Shown: positions 9,965 through 20,700, counted from the stretch's first letter. The stretch: DNA of 64,000 nucleotides from Alphaproteobacteria bacterium (GCA_964291675.2 OZ219865.1:864001-928000); one strand, 5' to 3'. The notes: a model not told the origin generated them from the letters alone. A program made the numbers and translations.

Positions 9965-10975
9965 TCAGCGCGCCCGTGAACGGGCCGATCCGCGGAAGCT
10001 CACCATCCGGTCGCGATCCTCGTCCCACAGAACCAGGCGCAAGGCCGCGAGCCCCTCGCGCAAGGTGAGTGCCGGAACGTCGCAATGCGTGGCGACCCGC
10101 TCGTGGCATTTCTGGAGCCGGTAATTGGGCACGCGCGGGTTCAGGTGATGCACGTGATGGAACCCGATATTCCCGGTGAACCATTGCAGCACCGCCGGCA
10201 GGCGCAGATAGGTCGCCCCCTGCAAGGAGGCGGAGGTCCGGTCCCAGGCATGGTGACGGGCCCATCGAGTCCTTTCGCTGCGGTGCTGCACCGAGAACAG
10301 CCAGACGCCGATGATCGCCGCCAGAACCACGACCGGCGCCTGGACCGCCGCGACCGACCCGTAGCCGAGCGGCAGGCCGGCGACGCCGACGGTCGCGGCG
10401 ACCGCGAGCGTGGTCAGATGCACCATGCGCCGTTCCCGCCGCCAGGATTTCGGCATGTCGAACGGCAGGCGGTAGAGCAAGGCGAACACCAGGGGCGGCA
10501 GCAGGATGTTGGCGACCAGCGGATGCCGCAAGGCGCGGTAGCGCCAACGCCTCCCCGGGGTCAGCGCCCGGTATTCGGCGACGGTCAGGCAGGAGGAATA
10601 GATGTCGACGCCGCTTTGGCGCCGGTCCAGATTGTTCCATGCGCTGTGGTGATCGGCGTGCTGCCGCCGCCAGGACGCGAAGGGCGTCAGCGTCAGAAGG
10701 CTGCACGCGAAGCCGACGATCTGGTTTGCCCGGCGTGCGCGGAAGAACGCCAGATGGCCGCAATCGTGCTGAATGATGAAGATGCGCACCAGAAACCCGG
10801 CGGCCAGCGGCGCGAGCGCGGGCGCCGCCCAATGCGACAGGTCGGTGACGGCGTACATCGCCGCGCACGTGGCGAAGAACCCGCCGAACGAGGTTGCGAT
10901 CTGCGACAGGCTCTTGCGCAGGATGGGCGTCTGAAACCGCGCCACCTCGCGGCGCAGATGCGATTTTGCGATCAT
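9965..10975 (-). CDS. Membrane fatty acid desaturase (Des-like)
   Basis: Three His boxes: HDCGH, HADHH, HHVHH. Confidence 0.92.
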   Translation of the reverse strand: MIAKSHLRREVARFQTPILRKSLSQIATSFGGFFATCAAMYAVTDLSHWAAPALAPLAAGFLVRIFIIQHDCGHLAFFRARRANQIVGFACSLLTLTPFASWRRQHADHHSAWNNLDRRQSGVDIYSSCLTVAEYRALTPGRRWRYRALRHPLVANILLPPLVFALLYRLPFDMPKSWRRERRMVHLTTLAVAATVGVAGLPLGYGSVAAVQAPVVVLAAIIGVWLFSVQHRSERTRWARHHAWDRTSASLQGATYLRLPAVLQWFTGNIGFHHVHHLNPRVPNYRLQKCHERVATHCDVPALTLREGLAALRLVLWDEDRDRMVSFRGSARSRAR

Positions 10976-11250
10976 GTGCGGGATTCCGTGGTTGAAGTGG
11001 CAAGGGCGCGCGGCCCGGCTGGCGGTCAGCGGGCCCTCCCCTCCGCGACTATCCCTGGCGGCCGCCGGCGCCCCGTCGCGTATCGCATTATACTACCGCA
11101 ACCCGGCGGACCCGGCGAGGCGCGCACCCCGCCGTTCCCCCGCCGCCACCGCGAACCCGAGCCGGGAGCCTCTGCCGGAACGGGGCCGGGGTGGCGGCTT
11201 CGGGCTCCGCGGCAATGCGGCCGATCGCCGGGCGTCGTGGAGAACGCCGC

Positions 11251-11895
11251 TCAGCCCGCCGGGCTCCAGACGACGACGCGGATCGGGGTCGGGTTGTAGT
11301 CGTTGACCGGGTTGTTGATCTGCGGGCAGTTGGAGATCACCGCGAGAACGTCGTTCTCGGCCCTGAGATCGACGTAGTCGCCGGGCTTGGACAGGCTCGG
11401 CCCGACATCCATCTCGCCGTTTTCGCGCACCGGCACGTACATGAAGAAATTGACGTTGGCGACGATGTCGTCCTTGCCCATGCCGTGCCTGCCGAGCTCG
11501 GCGATGAAGTTGTCGCGGCAGTTGGGCTGGTGGGGCGTGCCGTAGCGGAAGGCGTTGATCGGCGCGCTGCAGCACCCGCCGATGGTGTCGTGGAAGCCGC
11601 AGCTGTCGGCGACGATGGTAAAGAGCGGCGTGACCTCGACGCTGTAGAGCACCGTGCCGGTGGTGAGGTAGATGCCCGCCGCGTTGACCTTCATCGTGTC
11701 GGCGGCGGCGTAGCGATCGCTCGGGTCCTTGGCGTTGTAGCACAGGAAATCGACCGCCTGGCGGCCCTCCAGGTCGACGATCCGCAGCATTTGGCCCTTC
11801 TCGATCACCCGGCTCCACGGAGCCCGCGCGGCGACCACGGTGTCCTCGACGACGGTGCCGTCGATCGCCGATCCCGCTATGTCGGAGGCGGCCAT
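11251..11895 (-). CDS. DUF1989 urea-carboxylase-associated family protein
   Basis: LRIVDLEGRQAVDF, HDTIGGCCS, NCRDNF, NFFMYVPV, SNCPQINNPVN motifs. Confidence 0.85.
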   Translation of the reverse strand: MAASDIAGSAIDGTVVEDTVVAARAPWSRVIEKGQMLRIVDLEGRQAVDFLCYNAKDPSDRYAAADTMKVNAAGIYLTTGTVLYSVEVTPLFTIVADSCGFHDTIGGCCSAPINAFRYGTPHQPNCRDNFIAELGRHGMGKDDIVANVNFFMYVPVRENGEMDVGPSLSKPGDYVDLRAENDVLAVISNCPQINNPVNDYNPTPIRVVVWSPAG

Positions 11896-11911
11896 GGCGT
11901 GCCCTCCCGGC

Positions 11912-14242
11912 TCAGTCCACCAGCTCGGATACCTTGTCGGGGTCCGAGCCGCTCTTCTTCGGACGCTTGGGCTTGGCGGGCACCGGCTCGACGAAATCGA
12001 AGGTCAGCCGGTCGTCCTTGAGGTCGACCTGCACGGTGCCGCCCTTGGCGAGCCTGCCGAACAGGAGCTCGTCGGCGAGCGGCGTCTTGATGTGCTCCTG
12101 GATGCGCCGGGCGAGCGGCCTGGCGCCATAGGTCGCGTCATAGCCGGTCCTGACCAGCCAGTCGCGCGCCGCGGGCGTCAGCTCGATGGTGACGTTGCGG
12201 TCCTGGAGCTGCGCCTCGAGCTGGATGATGAACTTGTCGACCACCCGGGCGACGATCGCCGGCGGCAGCGAGGCGAACTGGATGGTCTTGTCGAGCCGGT
12301 TGCGGAACTCCGGCGTGAACATCCGCTTGATCGCCTCCTCGTCCTCGCCGACCCGGGCCTCGCGCTCGAAGCCGATGGCCGGCCTGGCGAGCTCGGCGGC
12401 GCCGGCATTGGTGGTCATGATCAGGATCGCGTTGCGGAAGTCGACGCTCTTGCCGTTGTGATCGGTGAGCTTCCCGTGATCCATGATCTGCAGCAGGATG
12501 TTGAACAAATCGGGATGCGCCTTCTCGATCTCGTCGAGCAGCAGGACGGCGTGCGGGTGCTGGTCGATCGCATCGGTCAGCAGCCCGCCCTGGTCGAATC
12601 CGACATAGCCCGGCGGCGCGCCGATCAGCCGCGAGACCGAGTGGCGCTCCATGTATTCCGACATGTCGAAGCGGATCAGCTCGATGCCCATGGTCATGGC
12701 GAGCTGGCGCGCGACCTCGGTCTTGCCGACCCCGGTGGGGCCGGAGAACAGGTAGCAGCCGATCGGCTTCTCGGGCTCGCGCAGCCCGGCGCGGGCGAGC
12801 TTGATCGCCGATGTCAGCGCCTCGATGGCGCTGTCCTGGCCGAACACGACCGTCTTGAGGTCGCGCTCCAGGTTCTGCAGCGTCTCCTGGTCGTTGCGCG
12901 AGACCGATTTGGGCGGGATGCGGGCGATCTTGGCGACCACCGCCTCCACGTCCTTGACCGTGATCAGCTTCTTGCGCCGGCTCTCGGGCACCAGGTTCTG
13001 GGCCGCGCCGGTCTCGTCGATCACGTCGATCGCCTTGTCGGGCAGCTTGCGGTCGTTGATGTAGCGGGCGGCCAGCTCGACGGCGGTGCGGATCGCCTCC
13101 GCCGTGTAGCGCACCCGGTGATGCTTCTCGTAATAGGGCTTGAGCCCGCGCAGGATCTTCACCGCGTCGTCGATCGAGGGCTCGATCACGTCGATCTTCT
13201 GGAACCGGCGCGCCAGCGCCCGGTCCTTCTCGAAATAGGAGCGGTATTCCTTGTAGGTGGTCGAGCCGATGCAGCGCAGCGTGCCCGATTGCAGCGCCGG
13301 CTTGAGCAGGTTGGAGGCATCCATCGAGCCGCCGCTGGTCGCGCCGGCGCCGATCACGGTGTGGATCTCGTCGATGAACAGCACCGCGCCGTCATAGGCT
13401 TCGAGCTCTGCGACCACCGCCTTGAGCCGTTCCTCGAAATCGCCGCGGTATCGCGTGCCGGCGAGCAGCGCGCCCATGTCGAGGCAGAAGATCGTCGCGT
13501 CCTGCAGGACGTCCGGCACCTCCGACTTGACGATGCGCCGCGCCAGCCCCTCGGCCAGCGCGGTCTTGCCGACGCCGGAATCGCCGACATAGAGCGGGTT
13601 GTTCTTGGTGCGGCGGCACAGCACCTGGATGGTGCGCTCGATCTCGGCCTCGCGGCCGATCAGCGGGTCGACCTTGCCCGAGGCCGCCTTCTCGTTGAGG
13701 TTGACGCAATAGGTGGCGAGCGCCTCGTTCTGGCGCTTCCCCGGCTTGTCGGGCTTGTCGTCTTCGGCCTGGCGGGTGCCCTGCACGCTGCGGCTCTCCG
13801 AACGGCCGGGCACCTTGGCGATTCCGTGCGAGATGTAGTTGACCGCATCGAACCGCGACATGTCCTGTTCCTGAAGGTAGTAGACGGCGTGCGACTCGCG
13901 CTCGGAGAACATCGCCACCAGGACATTGGCGCCGGTCACCTCCTGACGCCCCGAGGACTGCACGTGGATCGCCGCGCGCTGGACGACGCGCTGGAAGCTC
14001 GCCGTGGGCTTCGGGTCCTCGCCCGAGCTGACCACCAGGTTGGACAGCTCCTTGTCGAGATAGGTCGTCAGATCCTTGCCGAGACGGTCGATCTCGACCC
14101 CGCAGGCGCGCAGGACCGCGACCGCGTCCTGGTCCTCGGTCAGCGCCATCAGCAAATGTTCCAGCGTCGCGTATTCGTGGCTTCGCGCGCTGGCGAGCGC
14201 CAGGGCTCTGTGCAGGCTCTTCTCGAGATTGCGCGACAACAT
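11912..14242 (-). CDS. clpA: ATP-dependent Clp protease ATP-binding subunit ClpA
   Basis: Clp N-domain, GDSGVGKT and GPTGVGKT Walker [27 protein letters not shown] loop; follows clpS. Confidence 0.97.
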   Translation of the reverse strand: MLSRNLEKSLHRALALASARSHEYATLEHLLMALTEDQDAVAVLRACGVEIDRLGKDLTTYLDKELSNLVVSSGEDPKPTASFQRVVQRAAIHVQSSGRQEVTGANVLVAMFSERESHAVYYLQEQDMSRFDAVNYISHGIAKVPGRSESRSVQGTRQAEDDKPDKPGKRQNEALATYCVNLNEKAASGKVDPLIGREAEIERTIQVLCRRTKNNPLYVGDSGVGKTALAEGLARRIVKSEVPDVLQDATIFCLDMGALLAGTRYRGDFEERLKAVVAELEAYDGAVLFIDEIHTVIGAGATSGGSMDASNLLKPALQSGTLRCIGSTTYKEYRSYFEKDRALARRFQKIDVIEPSIDDAVKILRGLKPYYEKHHRVRYTAEAIRTAVELAARYINDRKLPDKAIDVIDETGAAQNLVPESRRKKLITVKDVEAVVAKIARIPPKSVSRNDQETLQNLERDLKTVVFGQDSAIEALTSAIKLARAGLREPEKPIGCYLFSGPTGVGKTEVARQLAMTMGIELIRFDMSEYMERHSVSRLIGAPPGYVGFDQGGLLTDAIDQHPHAVLLLDEIEKAHPDLFNILLQIMDHGKLTDHNGKSVDFRNAILIMTTNAGAAELARPAIGFEREARVGEDEEAIKRMFTPEFRNRLDKTIQFASLPPAIVARVVDKFIIQLEAQLQDRNVTIELTPAARDWLVRTGYDATYGARPLARRIQEHIKTPLADELLFGRLAKGGTVQVDLKDDRLTFDFVEPVPAKPKRPKKSGSDPDKVSELVD

Positions 14243-14247
14243 CGGGG

Positions 14248-14613
14248 CTATGCCTTCTCAAGGGTACATTGAAGAGGATGCTGGTGCTGGCGGGCAAGGT
14301 CCATCACCTGCGACACTTTGGTTTCCGCGATCTCGTAGGTATAGACGCCGCAAATGCCGACCCCTTTCTGGTGCACGTGCATCATGATGTGGGTCGCCTC
14401 GTCATGCGACTTGTTGAAGAACCGTTCCAGCACCATGACGACGAACTCCATCGGCGTATAGTCGTCGTTGAGCATGACGACCTTGTACATCGACGGTTTC
14501 TTGACCCTGGCCGCGGGTTTGACCGCGACGCCGGTGCCGGGCCCCCGCTCGTCGTCCCCCGCGCCCCGTCGGCTGAGACGGATATCCGATCCGTGGCCGG
14601 GCCGTCCGGTCAT
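14248..14613 (-). CDS. clpS: Clp protease adaptor ClpS
   Basis: [17 protein letters not shown]...[11 protein letters not shown]; start approximate. Confidence 0.95.
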   Translation of the reverse strand: MTGRPGHGSDIRLSRRGAGDDERGPGTGVAVKPAARVKKPSMYKVVMLNDDYTPMEFVVMVLERFFNKSHDEATHIMMHVHQKGVGICGVYTYEIAETKVSQVMDLARQHQHPLQCTLEKA

Positions 14614-14744
14614 CCAAGGCACCTCCTGCAACCATGATATGAGAAGCGTCTGAGCGAGGCAAAGCGGTTTGCGCGCGACCACCGCGCCCGGATTCGCTTT
14701 GGTGTAGACTGGCATACCGGGCCGGCCGCAAGGGACATCGCGCG

Positions 14745-15023
14745 ATGCTCTACGTACTCCACATGATCGACAAGCCGGGCGTGCTCGACAAACGCATGGC
14801 CGCGCTGCCCGCGCACCGGGACTACCTGGAGCAGGCGCCGATCGAGGTCGTCATGTCGGGCCCGCTGCAGGCGGAAGACGGCGAGACCATCGTCGGCAGC
14901 CTCTATCTGGTGGAGGTCGAGAAGCGCGAGGACATCGACGCCTTCCTCGCCGAGGACCCGCTCGCCAATGCCGGGGTGTGGGACCGGGTCGACATCAACC
15001 GGTTCTTCCGCCGCGTCGGCTAG
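14745..15023 (+). CDS. YciI family protein
   Basis: [27 protein letters not shown] motifs. Confidence 0.85.
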   Translation: MLYVLHMIDKPGVLDKRMAALPAHRDYLEQAPIEVVMSGPLQAEDGETIVGSLYLVEVEKREDIDAFLAEDPLANAGVWDRVDINRFFRRVG

Positions 15024-15035
15024 CCCCACCCCCTA

Positions 15036-15578
15036 CGTCATGGCCGGACTTGGTCCACTGCTGTCCGGTTTGTATGAGCTGGACCGGGCGCAAGGCCTTG
15101 TTCCGGGCCGGATATCGGCCCATCCGCCGGATCGGGACACGGATCGCCGCACGCCCGCACTTGCCGTCCCTGCCCCTCCGTTGTCACGCCGGCCTCGTTC
15201 CGGGCACCAACGGGCGGGGCGGGCCGCACCCGGCTCCCGTGCTTCTCCACCGCCACCCCCACCCCGTCATGGCCGGACTTGATCCGGCCACCCATGCGCG
15301 GACTTGATCCGCGCAACCACTGGCGCCACCGGTACAACGCCCCGTCGGGAAGAGCGGCGGCGCCAGTGGATGCCCGGATCAAGTCCGGGCATGACGATGG
15401 GGGGAGGCATGGTGATGGGGCGGAAAACGCCGGGCGCGACGCGCGTCGAAGGCTAAACCGGACAGCAGTGGACTTGGTCCGGGCATCTCTCTCCGCAAGG
15501 CCCGCCCGTCGCCGGGCGAACGCGTGGATGGCCGGAGCAAGCCCCGGACTGCGATCCGGGGCAAGTCGGGCCATGACG
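15036..15578. repeat. Cluster of family-2 REP-like palindromes (CGTCATGGCCGGACTTGATCCGGCCA-type)
   Basis: Copies near 15036, 15265, 15367 (reverse) and 15525 (reverse); another at 42421. Confidence 0.8.
15056..15470. mobile_element. Non-autonomous MITE-like element (16-bp TIR) inserted in a family-2 REP
   Basis: TIR CACTGCTGTCCGGTTT (15056-15071) / AAACCGGACAGCAGTG (15455-15470); flanking direct repeat GACTTGGTC (15047-15055, 15471-15479). Confidence 0.75.
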
Positions 15579-15648
15579 GGGTGGGTCGCTGGGCGCAGGA
15601 TTTCCCCGCTCCGGTCGAAGTGACGCGGGGCGCCGCGCTTGAGCCGCC

Positions 15649-16758
15649 CTACCGGTCCCAGAACGGGTAGTCGGTGTAGCCCTCCGCCCCGCCGCCGTAA
15701 TAGGTCTTGCGCACCGGCTCGTTGAGCGGCCCGCCGCCGAACAGCCGTTTCGGCAGGTCGGGGTTGGCGAGGAACAGGGTGGCGTAGGACACCAGATCGG
15801 CCTGCCCCGCCTCCAGCACCGCCTCGCCGCGCGGGCCGTCATAGGCCGAGTTGACGATCAGCGCGCGGCCGAATTTTTCGCGCAGCGTGCGGAACAGCGG
15901 CGGACGGGCGGCGACGAACTCGCGCGGCTCGCTCGCTTCGGCGTCGCGCCCGGGCGCATCCGATTCGACGACGTGGAGCCAGGCGATGCCCAGGCGATCC
16001 AGCGCCCCGGCCAGCGCCGCGAAGGTGGAATCGGGCGCGCTGTCCGTCATGTCGTTGAAGCGCTGATAGGGCGAGATCCGGTAGCCCACCCGGTCGGCGC
16101 CCCAGATCTCCGACACCGCTTCCGCGACCTCCAGCGGCAGACGCAGCCGGTTGGCGAGCGTCCCGCCATAGGCGTCGCGCCGCGCGTTGGTGCCGTCGCG
16201 GACGAACTGGTCGAGCAGGTAGCCGTTGCCGCCATGGATCTCGACCGCGTCGAACCCGGCCTCCATGGCGTTGCGCGCGCCCTGGCGGAACTGCTGGACG
16301 ATGCCGGGGATCTCGGCGGTCTGGAGCGCCCTCGGCGTCTCGAAGGGCTGCATGCCGGCGAAGGTCATGGCCTCTCCCGCGGCGGCGATCGCCGACGGCG
16401 CCACGGGCAACGCCCCGCCGGGCTGGAGCGAGGAGTGGGAGATCCGCCCGACATGCCAGAGCTGCAGCGCGATCCGCCCGCCGCCGCGGTGGACCGCGTC
16501 GGTCACCGCCCGCCAGCCGGCGACCTGCTCGGGCGAATGGATGCCGGGCGTGAGCGGGTAGCCGACGCCCTGCTCGCTCACCTGCGTGGCCTCGGTGATG
16601 ACCAGCGCCGCCGATGCGCGCTGGCGGTAGTACTCGGCATTCAGCGCCTGCGGCACATTGCCGCTTCCGGCCCGGTTGCGCGTCATCGGCGCCATCGCGA
16701 CCCGGTGCGGCAGCTCCAGCGGGCCGATACGGCAGGGCCGCGCCAGCGCCTCGCTCAT
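15649..16758 (-). CDS. Old yellow enzyme family alkene reductase (NemA-like)
   Basis: MAPMTRNRA, QLWHVGRISH, EIHGGNGYLLDQF, ANPDLP. Confidence 0.93.
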   Translation of the reverse strand: MSEALARPCRIGPLELPHRVAMAPMTRNRAGSGNVPQALNAEYYRQRASAALVITEATQVSEQGVGYPLTPGIHSPEQVAGWRAVTDAVHRGGGRIALQLWHVGRISHSSLQPGGALPVAPSAIAAAGEAMTFAGMQPFETPRALQTAEIPGIVQQFRQGARNAMEAGFDAVEIHGGNGYLLDQFVRDGTNARRDAYGGTLANRLRLPLEVAEAVSEIWGADRVGYRISPYQRFNDMTDSAPDSTFAALAGALDRLGIAWLHVVESDAPGRDAEASEPREFVAARPPLFRTLREKFGRALIVNSAYDGPRGEAVLEAGQADLVSYATLFLANPDLPKRLFGGGPLNEPVRKTYYGGGAEGYTDYPFWDR

Positions 16759-16773
16759 CGCCGGCGACCCGCC

Positions 16774-17556
16774 CTAGAGCAGGAAATCACGCAGCGCGGC
16801 GGTGTAGCCCTCGGGCTGCTCGACGTTCGAGAGATGGCCGGCGGGGGAGAGCTCCACATACCGCGCGCCCTCGACCAGCCCGGCGATGCGGCTCATCGTC
16901 GCCGCCGGGGTCGCCCCGTCCTCCTTGCCGGCGATGAACAGCGTGCGCGTCCTGATCTCGCCCAGGCGCTTCTCGAAATCGAGCCCCTGGAGCGCGCGGG
17001 CGCAGCCGATGAAGCCGCCGGATGGGGTGGCGGCGACCATCGCGCGCAGATCTTCGAGCACCGGCGTCGCCGAATCGAGGAAATGGTCGGACGACCAGCG
17101 TTCGACCGTCGGCTGGGCGAGCGCCTGCATCCCCTGCTGCTCGACGATGGCGATGCGCTCGTCCCAGGCGGCGACGAAGGGCGCCGGCGCCTCGGCGATG
17201 GCGTTGGAGATCACGATGGAGTTCAGCCGGTCGGGGTGGTCGAGCGCGAGCCCCATCGCCGTCATGCCGCCGATGGAGAGCCCGACGAAGTGGCTATTTT
17301 CGATACCGAGCGCGTCCCACAGACCGATCACGTCGCCGACCAGCATCGAGAAGTCGTAGGCGCCGTCCGGCACGTCGCTCCCGCCGTGGCCGCGCTTGTC
17401 GTAGCGCAGGATGCGGAAATCGTCGGCGAGCGCGGCGGCCTGGTCGTCCCACATATGGAGGTTGGTGGCCAGCGAGTTCGAGAAGGTGAGCCAGGGCGCG
17501 CCCTCCCTGCCCTCGACCTCGCAGTTCAACGCCACCCCGTTCGCCTCGATTTTCAT
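16774..17556 (-). CDS. 3-oxoadipate enol-lactonase-like alpha/beta hydrolase (PcaD-like)
   Basis: FSNSLATNLHMWDDQ, RYDKRGHGGS, GLSIGG, GHLSNVEQP. Confidence 0.82.
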   Translation of the reverse strand: MKIEANGVALNCEVEGREGAPWLTFSNSLATNLHMWDDQAAALADDFRILRYDKRGHGGSDVPDGAYDFSMLVGDVIGLWDALGIENSHFVGLSIGGMTAMGLALDHPDRLNSIVISNAIAEAPAPFVAAWDERIAIVEQQGMQALAQPTVERWSSDHFLDSATPVLEDLRAMVAATPSGGFIGCARALQGLDFEKRLGEIRTRTLFIAGKEDGATPAATMSRIAGLVEGARYVELSPAGHLSNVEQPEGYTAALRDFLL

Positions 17557-17679
17557 CGCCGCGCTCCGCCGGTTGTCCCGATTCGCGGCGCCACCATAGG
17601 GATGCCCGCACAGGGTGTCACGGGGCGGCGGCGTTCTCCGGTCTGCGCCCCGTCCTGCGGAGCGGAGCGGAGCCGACCG

Positions 17680-18096
17680 TCACGAAGACCGCAACAGGTT
17701 GTGGAAGGGCTCGGTGTCCTTCCAGCGATACGCGTCGAAATCGCGCCAATCGGTGGAGAGTATCCGGCCGTCGCCGCGCTCGGTCGCCGCAAGAACGAGC
17801 GTGGCGTCTGCCAGGTCCATCGGAAGACTCGCGTATTTCTCCATCAACCTGCGGATCGCGCCGAGATGCGCATGGCCGATGCCGTGGATTTCGACATTTT
17901 GCGAAATCTGTTCGACGAAGCGCGACTGCGCCGTCGCGCCCAGACGGGTCAGGATCAAATGGCAGGCCTCGGTAACGACCGGCCATGTCACGACCAGCGT
18001 GTCGTCGAGCTCCCGGCTGGCCGCCACCGCCGTCTCGTGCCAACGATCCCGGGCATTGGCCAGCGCCACCCAGTAGCCGGTATCAGCCAGCGCCAT
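17680..18096 (-). CDS. PIN-domain (VapC-like) toxin
   Basis: ADTGYWVAL, VVTEACH, MDLADATLV, ILSTD acidic PIN residues. Confidence 0.88.
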   Translation of the reverse strand: MALADTGYWVALANARDRWHETAVAASRELDDTLVVTWPVVTEACHLILTRLGATAQSRFVEQISQNVEIHGIGHAHLGAIRRLMEKYASLPMDLADATLVLAATERGDGRILSTDWRDFDAYRWKDTEPFHNLLRSS

Positions 18097-18343
18097 GCTT
18101 GTCGTCGAGGCTTCGCGTGAGATAGCGCTTGTAATCGCTGGCGAGATCTTCGGGGCCCTCGGCGCAACCGATGAAATCGCTGGACAGCAGGTCGTCGATC
18201 TTCTTGCGCGATTGCTCCGCCCTCTGCCGATGCAGGAGGTCTATGGCCTGCCTGACGATTTCGCTCGTGCCGAGACGCGTCGAGGTCTGGATCTGCTTCA
18301 GCTTCTCGGCCCGCTCTTCATCAAGCCTGGCGTTGATCCTCAT
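18083..18343 (-). CDS. CopG/RHH-type antitoxin
   Basis: MRINARLD...SEIVRQAI; overlaps the PIN toxin start. Confidence 0.8.
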   Translation of the reverse strand: MRINARLDEERAEKLKQIQTSTRLGTSEIVRQAIDLLHRQRAEQSRKKIDDLLSSDFIGCAEGPEDLASDYKRYLTRSLDDKHGAG

Positions 18344-18368
18344 TCCTCGACCCTTCCATTCGAAACTG

Positions 18369-18409
18369 CCGATACCGGTTGTATGACATGGTCATACAAC
18401 CGGTATCGG
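18369..18409. promoter_or_regulatory. Perfect 19-bp-arm inverted repeat upstream of the TA operon (probable operator)
   Basis: CCGATACCGGTTGTATGAC-atg-GTCATACAACCGGTATCGG, about 25 bp upstream of the antitoxin start. Confidence 0.7.
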
Positions 18410-18460
18410 TCAACGTCCTCCGGCGATGGAGATGCGCGAACGGGCGATTCTGCGCGGAAC

Positions 18461-19597
18461 CTATCTGAGCCCCGCCTCGACCATCAGCGGGTAGGTGTCG
18501 ACGGCGAATTCCGCCATCCCCTCCTCGTAGCGCGCCCAGGAGGTCAGCACGCCGTCGATCCCGGTGTCGGCGAGCTTGAGATAGGTGTCGACGATCTGCT
18601 CGCGCGTGCCGATCACCGGCCAGCCCGCCCAGCCGGCGATGAAGTGCTCGCGCAGGAAGTCGAGCGCCTCGGGCGGCACGGTCTGGGCGTTGATGCCGAG
18701 CCCCTCGGTGAGGTTGGTCGCGGCCTCCCAGTCGCCGTGCTGGTGGACGTAGTAGTCGTAGAAGTCGCGCGCGTCCTTCTCGGTGTCGCCCTGGACGATA
18801 TAGGTGTGGGTCCACACCGCCACCTCGCGGCCGTATTCCCTGCGCGCGAGGTCCTTGTAGGTGGCGATCTGCGCCGCCAGATCGTCCATGTCGTGGTTGA
18901 CCACGACGATGAACGCGACGTCGCAGTACTTGGCGGCGAAATGGCGCCCGCGCTCCGACCCGCCGGCGTTCATGAAGGGCGGGCGCGGCGACTGGATCGG
19001 CTTGGGGAGGAGCTGGCCGCCGCCGATGCGATAGAACTCGCCCTCGTAGTCGAACAGCTCGTGCTCGGTCCACAGCCGGCGGATGATCTCGACCCACTCG
19101 ACCGCCATGTCGTAGCGCCGGTCGTGGTCCGGCACGTCGATGCCGAACAGCCGGAACTCGGACTCGTTCCACCCGGTCACCACGTTGAGCACGAAGCGCC
19201 CGCCCGAGATGTGGTCGATCGTGGTGGCCTGCTTGGCCGCCATCACCGGGTGGACGGTGGGCACGTGCGAGGTCGCGAATATGGCGGAATTCTCGTTGAC
19301 CCCGGCGATCCCGGCGGCCCAGGAATAGCACTCGAACCCGGCGCCGTTGAAATCGGTGGTCCCGCCGAAGCCGCGCCAGCGCCCGACCGGCACCAGGGCC
19401 TCGTAGTCCATCCGGTCGGCGAGCTCGGCGAGCGCCACCGTCGCCGGCCAGGTCGCCTCCAGCGTGCCCTCGATCGAGGAGATGGCGCAGCCCTGCTTCA
19501 GGTTGGAGCAGAACGTCCCCATCTTGAGCCGGCGGTCGCCGAACAGCGGGTTGGTCGCCGGCGGATCGGCGAGCAGGCTCGGGACCTCCGGTTTCAC
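18461..19597 (-). CDS. LLM class flavin-dependent monooxygenase
   Basis: C-terminal part of track ORF 18461..20779; GTG start overlapping upstream stop; HPVMAAKQATTIDHISGGRFVLNVVTGW, PKPIQ. Confidence 0.88.
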   Translation of the reverse strand: MKPEVPSLLADPPATNPLFGDRRLKMGTFCSNLKQGCAISSIEGTLEATWPATVALAELADRMDYEALVPVGRWRGFGGTTDFNGAGFECYSWAAGIAGVNENSAIFATSHVPTVHPVMAAKQATTIDHISGGRFVLNVVTGWNESEFRLFGIDVPDHDRRYDMAVEWVEIIRRLWTEHELFDYEGEFYRIGGGQLLPKPIQSPRPPFMNAGGSERGRHFAAKYCDVAFIVVVNHDMDDLAAQIATYKDLARREYGREVAVWTHTYIVQGDTEKDARDFYDYYVHQHGDWEAATNLTEGLGINAQTVPPEALDFLREHFIAGWAGWPVIGTREQIVDTYLKLADTGIDGVLTSWARYEEGMAEFAVDTYPLMVEAGLR

Positions 19598-20700
19598 TCG
19601 GCCGCCTCGTCGACGCCGATGGCCGCGTTCAGCCGCGGCATCACCTCGTTCGCCATCAGATCCATCGAGCGCCGCGACAGCGCCTTGTCGACCCAGTCGT
19701 GCCCGGCATAGACCAGGGTGCCGAAATCGCCGATGAATTCGCGGAAGGCGAGGAGCTGGTCGACCACGCTGTCGACCGTGCCGGCGATGACCAGCCGGTC
19801 GGTCACGTAGTCCAGCGTCACCGCCTCGTCGGGCATCGACTGGTCGTGCTTGAACAGGTTCGACCGCCCGGCGCTGATCAGCTTCTGCATCAACTGCCTG
19901 TAGTAGAAGCGGTAGGGGCCGTTCGCGTTCTCCAGCGCGTATGCGCGCGCCGTCCTCTCGTCGTCGGCGACGAACACGCTCTTCGCCACCCGCCAGTCGG
20001 CGGGGTCGGCGACGCGCCCCGCCCGCTCGCACCCCTCGACGTATTTGGGCCAATGCGTCCGGACCCATTCCGGCATCAGGAAGTTGGCCGAGATCGAGGT
20101 CCAGCCGCGCGCCGCCGCCTCGACCAGCCCCTTCGAATAGGGCGCCACCACGGTGACCACGATCGGCGGGTGCGGCTTCTGGTAGGGGCCGACGATCACC
20201 CCCTGGCCGATCTCCTCGATCAGCGACTCCTCGGTCGTGATGGTCCAGTACTTGCCCTTGAGCCGGTAGGGCGGGTCGGTCGACCAGATCGCCAGCACGT
20301 GGTCGATCGATTCCACGAACATCTCGTTCCTGTCCCGGTGCAGGATGCCGAGCGCCTCGGCGTCGGATTTGAGCGCGCCCGGGCTGATCCCGAACAGGAA
20401 CCGGCCTTCGAGGATGTTGTCGATCATCGCCACCTGGCCGGCGATGATCGCCGGGTGGTTGAGCGACATGTTCACCGTGCCGCTGCCGAGCACGATGTCG
20501 CGCGTGTCGTGCGCGAGGCTCGCGATGAACATCAGGCACGAGGTCACCGTCTCGGCGCGGTCGGTGACATGCTCGCCGATGAACGCCTCGGCGAAGCCGA
20601 GCCGGTCGGCGAGCAGGATCGCCTCGCGGTCCTCCTTCAGCGTCTCCGCGTAGTTCCGCGACGGCGGGTGCAGCGGCATGGTGAAATAGCTGAGCTTCAT
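19594..20700 (-). CDS. LLM class flavin-dependent oxidoreductase
   Basis: FTMPLHPP, AFIGEH, GRFLFGISPG, PYQKPHPP, ANEVMP. Confidence 0.88.
   Translation of the reverse strand: MKLSYFTMPLHPPSRNYAETLKEDREAILLADRLGFAEAFIGEHVTDRAETVTSCLMFIASLAHDTRDIVLGSGTVNMSLNHPAIIAGQVAMIDNILEGRFLFGISPGALKSDAEALGILHRDRNEMFVESIDHVLAIWSTDPPYRLKGKYWTITTEESLIEEIGQGVIVGPYQKPHPPIVVTVVAPYSKGLVEAAARGWTSISANFLMPEWVRTHWPKYVEGCERAGRVADPADWRVAKSVFVADDERTARAYALENANGPYRFYYRQLMQKLISAGRSNLFKHDQSMPDEAVTLDYVTDRLVIAGTVDSVVDQLLAFREFIGDFGTLVYAGHDWVDKALSRRSMDLMANEVMPRLNAAIGVDEAAE

Noticed and set aside
11840-14272. 810-aa plus-strand ORF and many other long antisense ORFs (e.g. 15973..18120, 19699..21708, 60764..63934)
   Set aside because: Shadows of real genes in high-GC DNA; no recognisable motifs, and the opposite strand encodes clear families.
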